Below are positions 57,233 to 64,000 of a DNA stretch of 64,000 bases, piece by piece. Both the position numbers and the translations under genes were made by a program. Each line of letters opens with the position of its first letter. Position 1 is the stretch's first letter. The stretch is taken from the NCBI GenBank assembly GCA_947646415.1, contig CANSGN010000006.1:2431-66430 (forward strand), in the 5' to 3' direction. The notes beneath the pieces were generated by a model. It had not been told where the DNA came from. It saw only the letters and a program-made list of their open reading frames with translations, and made no database searches. This DNA is from an uncultured Clostridia bacterium. Lineage in GTDB: Bacteria; Bacillota; Clostridia; Christensenellales; UBA3700.

Positions 57233-58111
57233 TTATTTACATCTTTTATTTGTTATCATAAATGTTAAAATGTTGCCCTCTTCCTTGCCTAGTGCAAGTT
57301 TGGTTTTGCCGCCACAAGTGGTTGCAACGATTATAAGCCAATCTTCGCCTACCCTTGCTTTGATTTCGTCATACATATCCGCAAGGTAATAATTCAAATG
57401 CAGTAGTGCAGATAAATATGCAGAGTTACTCATTTTAAAGTTGCCGTCCGCAACAAGATAAGGGTTTGAAACCGCTGCAACTATAAAATCGTTTGCATCC
57501 AAATTATTAATACTTTCCGTCCTTAAAGCATTTAAATCCATACAGGAGGTAAAACTTAATTGTTGTGTTGATTTACTGCCAAATTCTGCAGCTAATTGCG
57601 TATCGATATAGTTTTTGTTGTCGGTTAAAAATTTTACTCTGTATTTTTCCGACATTGTTGTCATTACCGAATATGGAGTTTCTCTTTTTGCATCCGTCTT
57701 TTTTAAAACATTGAATGTCGAAGGCTCTTGTCCTGTTACAATACTCAAAAAATTAACCCCAATATCTATATTGGCTTTTGTATCCAAATTGGCAGGTTTT
57801 GTCCAATACAAACCGCCCTCTTTTGCAATCGATAACATACCAAGGTCATTGCCCATCATATACTCTAAACCTTCTGCCCTAAAGCCGTCTATAGTAATTA
57901 AAATGGCCTTTTTTCTTGTACCGCTGTTATTGGTAAAATGCGAAGAAATTTTGTTTGCAATATCAGTTTGTAAAATAGCATTATCGTAACTATTGGAAAA
58001 ATAGCCCTTATCGGATAATTTATTTAAAATTTTATTGTTGTTACAGCCACTTAAAACTGCGGTTACTGCAACAAGCAACATTGCTGCTGTCATATATTTA
58101 ACTCTCTTCAT
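57233..58111 (-). CDS. lipoprotein with a degenerate NPP/alkaline-phosphatase-like fold
   Basis: MKRVKYMTAAMLLVAVTAVLSGC|NNN lipobox. AILITIDGFRAEGL resembles the NPP IDGFR motif, but the nucleophile region (GVNFLSIVTGQEPSTF) and the DHG motif (ATTCGG) are not conserved. The start could instead be 58129. Confidence 0.55.
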   Translation of the reverse strand: MKRVKYMTAAMLLVAVTAVLSGCNNNKILNKLSDKGYFSNSYDNAILQTDIANKISSHFTNNSGTRKKAILITIDGFRAEGLEYMMGNDLGMLSIAKEGGLYWTKPANLDTKANIDIGVNFLSIVTGQEPSTFNVLKKTDAKRETPYSVMTTMSEKYRVKFLTDNKNYIDTQLAAEFGSKSTQQLSFTSCMDLNALRTESINNLDANDFIVAAVSNPYLVADGNFKMSNSAYLSALLHLNYYLADMYDEIKARVGEDWLIIVATTCGGKTKLALGKEEGNILTFMITNKRCK

Positions 58112-58158
58112 ACATTTACCTTTATCCATATAGTATTTAATTTTTCAATCTTAAAGTG

Positions 58159-58479
58159 CTATTTAATAAACCTATTAATTTGCACCAAATGCTTTTGCAT
58201 ATCCACCTTATCCCCTTTAAAAGTCACACCTTCTTTTTCAAGGCGATTTCTTTGCTCATTTTCGCCACCAAAAACAAATGCCGGGGTAAGACTGCCGTCT
58301 TTCATAACCACCCTGTGGCAAGGTATATGCTCGGGGTCGGGATTGTTATGCAACGCTCTGCCGACCTGTCTTGACCTAGTCCTATAGCCTGCAAGTTCAG
58401 CCACCATACCGTAATTCATAACATACCCGCAAGGAATATTTTGCACTACCATATAAACTTTTTTATCAAACTCACTCAT
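58159..58479 (-). CDS. MGMT-family protein (methylated-DNA--protein-cysteine methyltransferase DNA-binding domain only)
   Basis: 106 aa. IPCGYVMNYGMVAE...IPCHRVVMKDGSL (PCHR active-site motif). Confidence 0.85.
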   Translation of the reverse strand: MSEFDKKVYMVVQNIPCGYVMNYGMVAELAGYRTRSRQVGRALHNNPDPEHIPCHRVVMKDGSLTPAFVFGGENEQRNRLEKEGVTFKGDKVDMQKHLVQINRFIK

Positions 58480-58548
58480 TTTGCACCTTGCCCAAAATAT
58501 CTTTTGAAATATGCTGTTAATTAAAAATTATAAGCAGCTAATAATATA

Positions 58549-58577
58549 ATTATATAATAAAAACATACTTTTGTCAA
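58549..58577 (-). promoter_or_regulatory. perfect consensus promoter TTGACA-17-TATAAT for the MGMT-lipoprotein-GPH-AP operon
   Basis: Minus strand TTGACAAAAGTATGTTTTTATTATATAAT. Confidence 0.75.
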
Positions 58578-58656
58578 TCACGCTTTGTAATACAAATTTT
58601 GATAATAATGCTCAAATTTATTTGATTTTAATCAATAAAATTATTGCATAAAACGC

Positions 58657-58685
58657 TTGCTATATCCCTAAAAAAATGCTACAAT
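58657..58685 (+). promoter_or_regulatory. promoter of the THF riboswitch/folT unit (TTGCTA-17-TGcTACAAT)
   Basis: Hexamers at 58657-58662 and 58680-58685, with an extended -10 TG. Confidence 0.7.
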
Positions 58686-58690
58686 ATTTT

Positions 58691-58786
58691 TGCTGAGTAG
58701 AAATACTGCGTTAAGTGCCATAGAACGGGATGTTGACTATGGACGAAAGAGAATAATCTCTGCGGTTGTATTTCACATCCGAGGCA
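58691..58786 (+). promoter_or_regulatory. THF (tetrahydrofolate, folT-motif) riboswitch
   Basis: CUGAGUAG..CUGCGUUAAGUGCCAUAGAACGGGAUGUUGACUAUGGACGAAAG..CUGCGGUUG..CACAUCCGAGGCA aligns block for block with the classical THF aptamer (GAGUAG, GCGUUAAGUG, GGGAUG, ACGAAG, GCGG, CAUCCG). Upstream of an ECF S-component gene. Confidence 0.9.
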
Positions 58787-58845
58787 AGTTATTTGTTTAA
58801 TAATTTTCTCGGTACTCTCCATTATTTTCAGGAGGTACTTTTTTT

Positions 58846-59472
58846 ATGAAAAAGTTAAGTTTCAAACTTACAAAAAGGCGTTCCCTTTTTATTGCGTACA
58901 CTGCAATACTTATAGCAATTAGCGTTGCTTTGAAATTTTGCAGTATCTTATTGGGGTCTTTCTCGATTTCCTTTACTTACATTCCTTGTTTTATAGCGGG
59001 CATGTTTTTAGGGCCTGTTTCGGGCGGTCTTGTAGGATTGTTGGGGGATATAATCGGCGTACTTGCAAAAGGTGCAACTCCGTCTCCGGTTGTTTCCATT
59101 TCGTGTGCTTTGATTGGCATTATTCCGGGGCTTATTTTTATGATAAAAAAATGGCATCCTTTTATCAAACTTGCCATATCACTTGTTTTGGTACTGTTTA
59201 TTTGCACAATGGGATTATCAGCTTACGGAACATGGCTTTTGGTCGCAGCAGGAGCAAACGGCAAATCATTTGCGGCATATTGGTTAATTGACCGCCTGCC
59301 AAAACAACCTGCCATACTTGCTATAAACGCCGTAATTATATATCTACTTTATTATCCGCTTAAAAAACTTATATTTGACAGAATGGGCAACAAAGTCGCA
59401 ACCAATGCAGATATTGAAAAATCGGAAATTTCCGAAGTTGCAGCTACTACCAATGACAATATAGAAATGTAA
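58846..59472 (+). CDS. folT: ECF-transporter substrate-specific (S) component, folate family
   Basis: 208 aa, 5-6 TM. FTYIPCFIAGMFLGPVSGGLVGLLGDIIG motif. Directly controlled by the THF riboswitch. AGGAGG RBS. Confidence 0.8.
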   Translation: MKKLSFKLTKRRSLFIAYTAILIAISVALKFCSILLGSFSISFTYIPCFIAGMFLGPVSGGLVGLLGDIIGVLAKGATPSPVVSISCALIGIIPGLIFMIKKWHPFIKLAISLVLVLFICTMGLSAYGTWLLVAAGANGKSFAAYWLIDRLPKQPAILAINAVIIYLLYYPLKKLIFDRMGNKVATNADIEKSEISEVAATTNDNIEM

Positions 59473-59533
59473 AAAATAAAAAATTTAAAATTTCATCTAA
59501 AATCTATTTCTATGAATATGAAAAACAAAAAAT

Positions 59534-59560
59534 AAAACGGAAAACTCCGTTTTATTTTTT
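59534..59560. terminator. bidirectional terminator
   Basis: AAAACGGA-AAACT-CCGTTTT followed by ATTTTTT, with an A-run upstream. Confidence 0.8.
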
Positions 59561-59574
59561 ACATAATAACTTGA

Positions 59575-59829
59575 TTAAAATATTTCGTCCTGTTTGATTT
59601 TATGTGCGGTAATTATTGTATAACTTGTACGGTTTACAACTATTTTGTCGCCGTCTAAATAAATATACCAATTTTTACCATGACTTACTATCTTTGAGTT
59701 TTTATCTATAATTTTACTTTTGCAATACTGCACAGCATCCACATTATCCAAGGACAAATTTTTACTTATCCTATAAACACCGAGTTCCGTAGTATGCACT
59801 TTATCTATATTTTTGATTAACTCAGTCAT
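59575..59829 (-). CDS. DUF3781-family small protein
   Basis: 84 aa. VHTTELGVYRISKNL...GKNWYI...VNRTSYTIITAHKI. Confidence 0.65.
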   Translation of the reverse strand: MTELIKNIDKVHTTELGVYRISKNLSLDNVDAVQYCKSKIIDKNSKIVSHGKNWYIYLDGDKIVVNRTSYTIITAHKIKQDEIF

Positions 59830-59831
59830 GT

Positions 59832-61097
59832 TTAAATCTCGCTTTGTCTTAAGGCATTGCCGTAAGTAGCACCCTCACTTTTAGTACAAATAATATCGAT
59901 TTTCGACAGATTTTTTAATGTTTCCACAAAATATCTGGCTTTTGTAGCACCGCCTGTCATTACGATTTTTTCTATCTTTATACCCGTTACTTGTTGTAAA
60001 CGGTTTACTGCAATCACTACTCTTTTTGCAAGTGAAAAATACACTGTTTTTACCAAATCATAAATATCGCAATCGGATATACCAAGCTGAGTTTTTATAT
60101 CTCCCGTCATATCGTTTTGGGACATTAATTTATCTACATCAAGTTCGCCAAGCACAGTCGCACTGTCTATATGCTCATCAATTTCCTTATAGTTTAAATC
60201 GTTTTCCGCAACCACACGTTGCACTACAAACAAACCGTTTATATTGTCAAGCAAACTTACTCTGCCTCCATTTATCCGCTCATTGGTGTATTTATTTTCA
60301 AAAGCCACTTTATCGCAAACAGGTTTATCCAAAACTTTACCAAAAAGCAACCACGAGCCGGACGCCAAAAAGGCGGTTTTGCTATCCAATCCCTCCAATG
60401 CGTAAATAGCGGATGCTGTATCGTGAGTTCCGACAGCAACAACAGGCACATTACAAAACTCCCCGTACGCTTGTCCGTCAAAAATTATTTGAGGGAAAAC
60501 CGAACTATCTAAGCCAAGTTTATCAATCAAATCGTAATTCCAATCATCCCCTGTTACATTTAACAGCCCTGTTGTACTTGCATTGCTACGTTCTGCTCGG
60601 ATATTTCCCGTCAAGTAATAGGCTAAAAGGTCGGCAATCAAAGCAATTTTCACTTTTTTATCAGCATACCTACCCTCGCATTTATCCGCGTATAATTGAT
60701 AAATAGTATTTATAGGGTTTGGATAAATACCGCTTATGCTATATAAATCCTCTTTAGTTATCCCTTGGTGCAATTTGCAAAAAGCATCTTCGCCGCGTGC
60801 GTCACGATAACAATACGGCATATCTATCAATTTGCCGTCTTCCCCAATAACGCCGTAATCAACACCCCAAGAACATATACCGATAGACGCTATTTTATCA
60901 ATTTCTATAGTTTTTTTAATCTGCTCTACGATATTGCCAAACAAATGGTCAATATCCCACCTGTAATGCCCTGCATTATCCAGAGCCGCACAGTGGGGGA
61001 ATCTTGCTATTTCCGTTAAAGTTATGTTTTGATTTTCTTTTTCCGCAAGCATTATCCTTGCACTTGAAGAGCCCAAATCGATTGCCAAATACTTCAT
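59832..61097 (-). CDS. FGGY-family sugar kinase (rhamnulokinase / L-fuculokinase-like)
   Basis: MKYLAIDLGSSSARIMLA...RWDIDHLF..., VGTHDTASA, MTGGATK. 421 aa. Lies in the fucI-aldolase operon. Confidence 0.8.
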   Translation of the reverse strand: MKYLAIDLGSSSARIMLAEKENQNITLTEIARFPHCAALDNAGHYRWDIDHLFGNIVEQIKKTIEIDKIASIGICSWGVDYGVIGEDGKLIDMPYCYRDARGEDAFCKLHQGITKEDLYSISGIYPNPINTIYQLYADKCEGRYADKKVKIALIADLLAYYLTGNIRAERSNASTTGLLNVTGDDWNYDLIDKLGLDSSVFPQIIFDGQAYGEFCNVPVVAVGTHDTASAIYALEGLDSKTAFLASGSWLLFGKVLDKPVCDKVAFENKYTNERINGGRVSLLDNINGLFVVQRVVAENDLNYKEIDEHIDSATVLGELDVDKLMSQNDMTGDIKTQLGISDCDIYDLVKTVYFSLAKRVVIAVNRLQQVTGIKIEKIVMTGGATKARYFVETLKNLSKIDIICTKSEGATYGNALRQSEI

Positions 61098-61098
61098 A

Positions 61099-62352
61099 TT
61101 ACCACCCGTTAAAAGTCCTATCTATCTCCGCACTTTGCTCGTCATTGATAGGCGTAATTTGTGCAATATTGCAAGCTGCAATGATAGAACGTGCAGAATA
61201 GTCTGTAACTTCCATTCTGTCAAAAGCTTTTGTAAGGTTTTTGCCTATTGTTATAACACATTCGTTATTTACTATAGCTAGCGGTTTTGTTACACCCATA
61301 TTAGCCGCAATATCTTGCGCAGTTACACCACACTCTAACTGCACTGCGTTTTTAAGCATTATGTAACTTTCTGGTATTAATTTTGCATCAAAATATTTAT
61401 GCGAAACGCTAAAGCCCATAGTAGCATTAGGCATACAAATAAAGCATACTTTTGCCTCTTTGATTTTATCAAAAATTTGCAATGCAATTTTCAAATAATC
61501 CGCGTTTGTGTCGCTGGTATTGTAAAACTTTCCGTCGCTGTATTTTGCAATATCCGAAACCTTTATATCATGCCTGCCTACACTGTCGGGATTAAACAAA
61601 ATAGTACCATTATCCAACCTAACACACAATGTGCCCAAAGTTGTAGACATTAGTTTTTGATAAAAACTTCTTTTGATAAAGTCTACCATTTGCTCTGCCA
61701 TTTCGCTTTCTTCTTTGGTGAATTTACTATTTTTAGAGTCAATCTTCATGCTGTAATCGCTATGGTTATCGCATTTTTTTACACCACCCAAAATGCTTGC
61801 ATTTATCAATGTTGCACACAAATTGTCAAGTGTTTCATATTTTCTGTATGCAATTTCCAAGTCTTCTGCGCCTACTGTTGCACCATGATTGTGCATCATT
61901 ACACTGTTATATCCTTGGTCGAACTTAGCTTTTACAATATCTCCCAAACTCAATGAGCCGGGCAAATCATAAACGCTGTCAGCAACTTCCCCCAAAATCT
62001 TATAATAGCAAGGACAAACGCTACTATCAGGGATTTTTCTTGCAGTTGCATAAGCTACGACACTAGGGGCGTGAGCGTGAACAACCGCCCTTATATCCTC
62101 CCTGCATTTGTATATGTTAGAGTGAAAAGGTAGCTCCATTGACGGGGTATGCTTACCTTCTATTTTGCCGTCCGCTTTGACAGTCATTATATCTTCTTCC
62201 TTAAGCGTTCCTTTATCCACGCCCGACGGAGTGATATAAATAGTACCCTCGCTATCCATACAAGAAATATTACCGCCGCTTGTTGTTGTAAGTCCGTTAT
62301 AGTAAACTCTGTTTATTGTCTCAAGCACACCGATTTTTGTGTTTTTTACCAT
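61099..62352 (-). CDS. tandem class II aldolase/adducin-domain protein (intact FucA-like N-domain plus degenerate C-domain)
   Basis: 417 aa. N-domain has SGGNIS, SMELPFH (Glu), VVHAHAP (HxH) and MMHNHG (His). C-domain (about residues 225-417) repeats the fold pattern, but FICMPNAT and VNNECV replace the His ligands. Confidence 0.75.
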   Translation of the reverse strand: MVKNTKIGVLETINRVYYNGLTTTSGGNISCMDSEGTIYITPSGVDKGTLKEEDIMTVKADGKIEGKHTPSMELPFHSNIYKCREDIRAVVHAHAPSVVAYATARKIPDSSVCPCYYKILGEVADSVYDLPGSLSLGDIVKAKFDQGYNSVMMHNHGATVGAEDLEIAYRKYETLDNLCATLINASILGGVKKCDNHSDYSMKIDSKNSKFTKEESEMAEQMVDFIKRSFYQKLMSTTLGTLCVRLDNGTILFNPDSVGRHDIKVSDIAKYSDGKFYNTSDTNADYLKIALQIFDKIKEAKVCFICMPNATMGFSVSHKYFDAKLIPESYIMLKNAVQLECGVTAQDIAANMGVTKPLAIVNNECVITIGKNLTKAFDRMEVTDYSARSIIAACNIAQITPINDEQSAEIDRTFNGW

Positions 62353-62454
62353 AAATTATCCTCTCTTTTACAAAATACCCTCGATTTTTGATAGGATATT
62401 TGCTTTTTATCTAATTTTTTATTAAATTTGTGGGCAAACATTGCCCACAAATTT

Positions 62455-64000
62455 TTATTTATATAAAGGTCCGTAAGTTTTGCAAGCTCTGTAGTCGGCA
62501 GACTCCAAATCCTTTGTTCCAAAAGCAGTCCAAGTATGTGGTCTAAACAATCTATCCTCGCTGACATTGTGCATATTTACAGGTATTCTTAGCATAGATG
62601 CAATAGTAATCAAATCCGCACCTACATGGCCGTAAGCCAATGCTGCGTGGTTTGCTCCCCAATTTGCCATTACACTATAAACATCTTTAAATGCGCCCTC
62701 TCCTGTTAGGTTTGGTACAAACCAAGTTGACGGCCAAGTTTTATCTGTCCTGTTTTGCAAAATTGTATCTACTTCGTCAGGAATAACAGCCGTATATCCC
62801 TCTGCAATTTGAAGTACAGGGCCTAAACCGTCAATCATATTTATTCTTACTGCGGTTACAGGCATTTCGGCTATTGTCTTAAAGTTGGAACTAAATCCGC
62901 CCCCTCTAAAATAGTCAAGGTTTGCTTGCGACCATGTAACATTATCCATAGTGGCTTTTATATCTTCCTTAGTAATCTTCCACCACTCTTTCATACATGC
63001 GTTGCCATTTTCATCCTTGCAAGCACCAATACCGTCAAGTGCTGCTGCACCACTGTTTATCATGTGAATAAATCCATTTTTAGCAAGTCCGTCAGGTGTC
63101 CAACCTGTAACGCGTTTAACTGCATCCGGCGACCAATATGTACGTACATCTGCAAAAATGCTTGCACGGTTGGTAATAAGCTTGTTAATAAGCATTGACA
63201 TACCATTTAAGGTGTCATTTTCCGTTGCCAAAATAAACGGCTCTTTTTTACCGCGCCAATCAAATGAGGTGTTCATTATAGCTTCCATAAAATCGCCGTT
63301 TGGCAATCTGTCAATCCATTGTCTTTGACCTTGGAAACCGCCTGCAATAGCATTTCTTCCGTTTGCCTCTTCAGGGAATCCCATTTCCTTAAGTTTAGGG
63401 TTGCCAAACATAATATCGTTAACGATAACAGTCATTTTTGCAATATACTCCCACAACTTGTCTTTAGTCATTACTATCCTAGGTTTGTTGTAGTCATTGA
63501 TATCAATACCCTCTTTGCAGTTTGCTTTTATCCAGCTTAAAGCTTTTTCATACTCTTTTTCGTCATAAATACCAAGATTGATACGTCTGTCGATTTCAAC
63601 CATATCAACCCACTCACTACGAATACCAAAGTATTGTTGCATTAAGTTACCATCTAAGAAAGAGCCTGCAATACCCATAGATACAGCACCCAAACCTACG
63701 TAAGTTTTGTTTTTCATTTGTCCTACTGCAATCGCACACTTTGCAAAAGACAAAATCTTTTGTTTTACATCCTCAGGGATAACAGTGTCGCCAAGGTCTT
63801 GAACATCCTTGCCGTAAATAGAAAATATCGGTAAACCTCTTTGAGCACTTGCTGCAACCGCACAAGCCAAAAATACCGCGCCCGGTCTTTCCGTACCGTT
63901 AAAGCCCCAAACTGCCTTTATTGTATTTGGATTGATATCTATAACTTCCGTACCGTAGCACCAACAAGGCGTTACAGTAAGGGTTGCAACAACATTTTCG
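62455..64000 (-). CDS. fucI: L-fucose isomerase (N-terminal end runs off the window)
   Basis: The ORF-track M at 63870 is an internal TTG. The frame stays open to nt 64000 (…PCWCYGTEVIDINPNTIKAVWGFNGTERPGAVFLACAVAASAQRGLPIFSIYG…). C-terminal ...ACKTYGPLYK. Confidence 0.9.
   Translation of the reverse strand, partial: ENVVATLTVTPCWCYGTEVIDINPNTIKAVWGFNGTERPGAVFLACAVAASAQRGLPIFSIYGKDVQDLGDTVIPEDVKQKILSFAKCAIAVGQMKNKTYVGLGAVSMGIAGSFLDGNLMQQYFGIRSEWVDMVEIDRRINLGIYDEKEYEKALSWIKANCKEGIDINDYNKPRIVMTKDKLWEYIAKMTVIVNDIMFGNPKLKEMGFPEEANGRNAIAGGFQGQRQWIDRLPNGDFMEAIMNTSFDWRGKKEPFILATENDTLNGMSMLINKLITNRASIFADVRTYWSPDAVKRVTGWTPDGLAKNGFIHMINSGAAALDGIGACKDENGNACMKEWWKITKEDIKATMDNVTWSQANLDYFRGGGFSSNFKTIAEMPVTAVRINMIDGLGPVLQIAEGYTAVIPDEVDTILQNRTDKTWPSTWFVPNLTGEGAFKDVYSVMANWGANHAALAYGHVGADLITIASMLRIPVNMHNVSEDRLFRPHTWTAFGTKDLESADYRACKTYGPLYK

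Noticed and set aside
62426-62452. Hairpin AATTTGTGGGCA-AACA-TTGCCCACAAATT directly after the fucI stop, considered as an operon-internal terminator.
   Set aside because: On the minus (sense) strand it is followed by an A-rich rather than U-rich tract, and the aldolase gene follows within 100 nt. It is more likely an mRNA-stabilising or processing hairpin than a full terminator, so it is left uncalled.
1-64000. Looked for prophage, IS/transposon, integrase, toxin-antitoxin, restriction-modification, CRISPR-Cas or other defence-island signatures, and for rRNA/tRNA genes.
   Set aside because: None was recognised. No recombinase, transposase, nuclease/ATPase defence-type ORFs, tRNA cloverleaf candidates or rRNA-like segments were seen. 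The accessory-looking parts are limited to the dockerin-gene pair, the HTH array and the NPP/GPH operon.

Overview
Low-GC (roughly one-third G+C) Firmicutes/Clostridia-type chromosomal segment. It is mostly housekeeping and almost entirely minus-strand. All calls rest on motif and synteny recognition by eye; no searches were run.

Contents in order:
- A truncated HSL-type esterase.
- Two tandem paralogous beta-helix surface proteins with C-terminal dockerin modules.
- An AEC permease.
- A split thiamine locus: thiE; then thiS-thiF-thiG-thiH-tenI behind a small terminator-embedded leader; then thiD-thiC-HAD behind a classical TPP riboswitch.
- Two lipoproteins, then rsmA, a TatD-associated radical SAM gene, tatD and metG.
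- mscL, spmA/spmB, and an ACT/UPF0210 pair.
- leuABCD, an MFS transporter, and a broken XRE gene.
- The complete S10-spc-alpha ribosomal superoperon, 33 genes from rpsJ to rplQ including secY, adk, map, infA and rpmJ.
- A plus-strand array of four tandem dual-HTH regulators.
- An MGMT / NPP-like lipoprotein / GPH symporter / AP-superfamily hydrolase operon.
- A THF riboswitch with folT.
- An L-fucose-type cluster: fucI (partial), a double-domain class II aldolase, an FGGY kinase and a DUF3781 gene.

No rRNA, tRNA, CRISPR array, transposase, integrase or recognisable defence genes were seen.

Most interesting observations:
1. Each of the two dockerin-protein genes is preceded by a near-identical ~355-bp module. 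In it, two lox-like core sites (9-bp inverted arms around a 7-bp asymmetric spacer, with the spacers in opposite orientation) bracket a consensus promoter. That promoter currently points away from the gene, into a ~190-nt ORF-less unit ending in an intrinsic terminator. This is a candidate invertible phase-variation switch in the OFF state, present twice, with no recombinase in the window.
2. The four-gene dual-HTH array shows strikingly non-uniform divergence. One gene pair is 410 bp and 100% identical, the interleaved pair is only ~2/3 identical, and there is a 33-nt conversion patch.
3. The thiamine pathway appears to split regulation between a candidate HMP-PP (thiS-motif) riboswitch and a TPP riboswitch.
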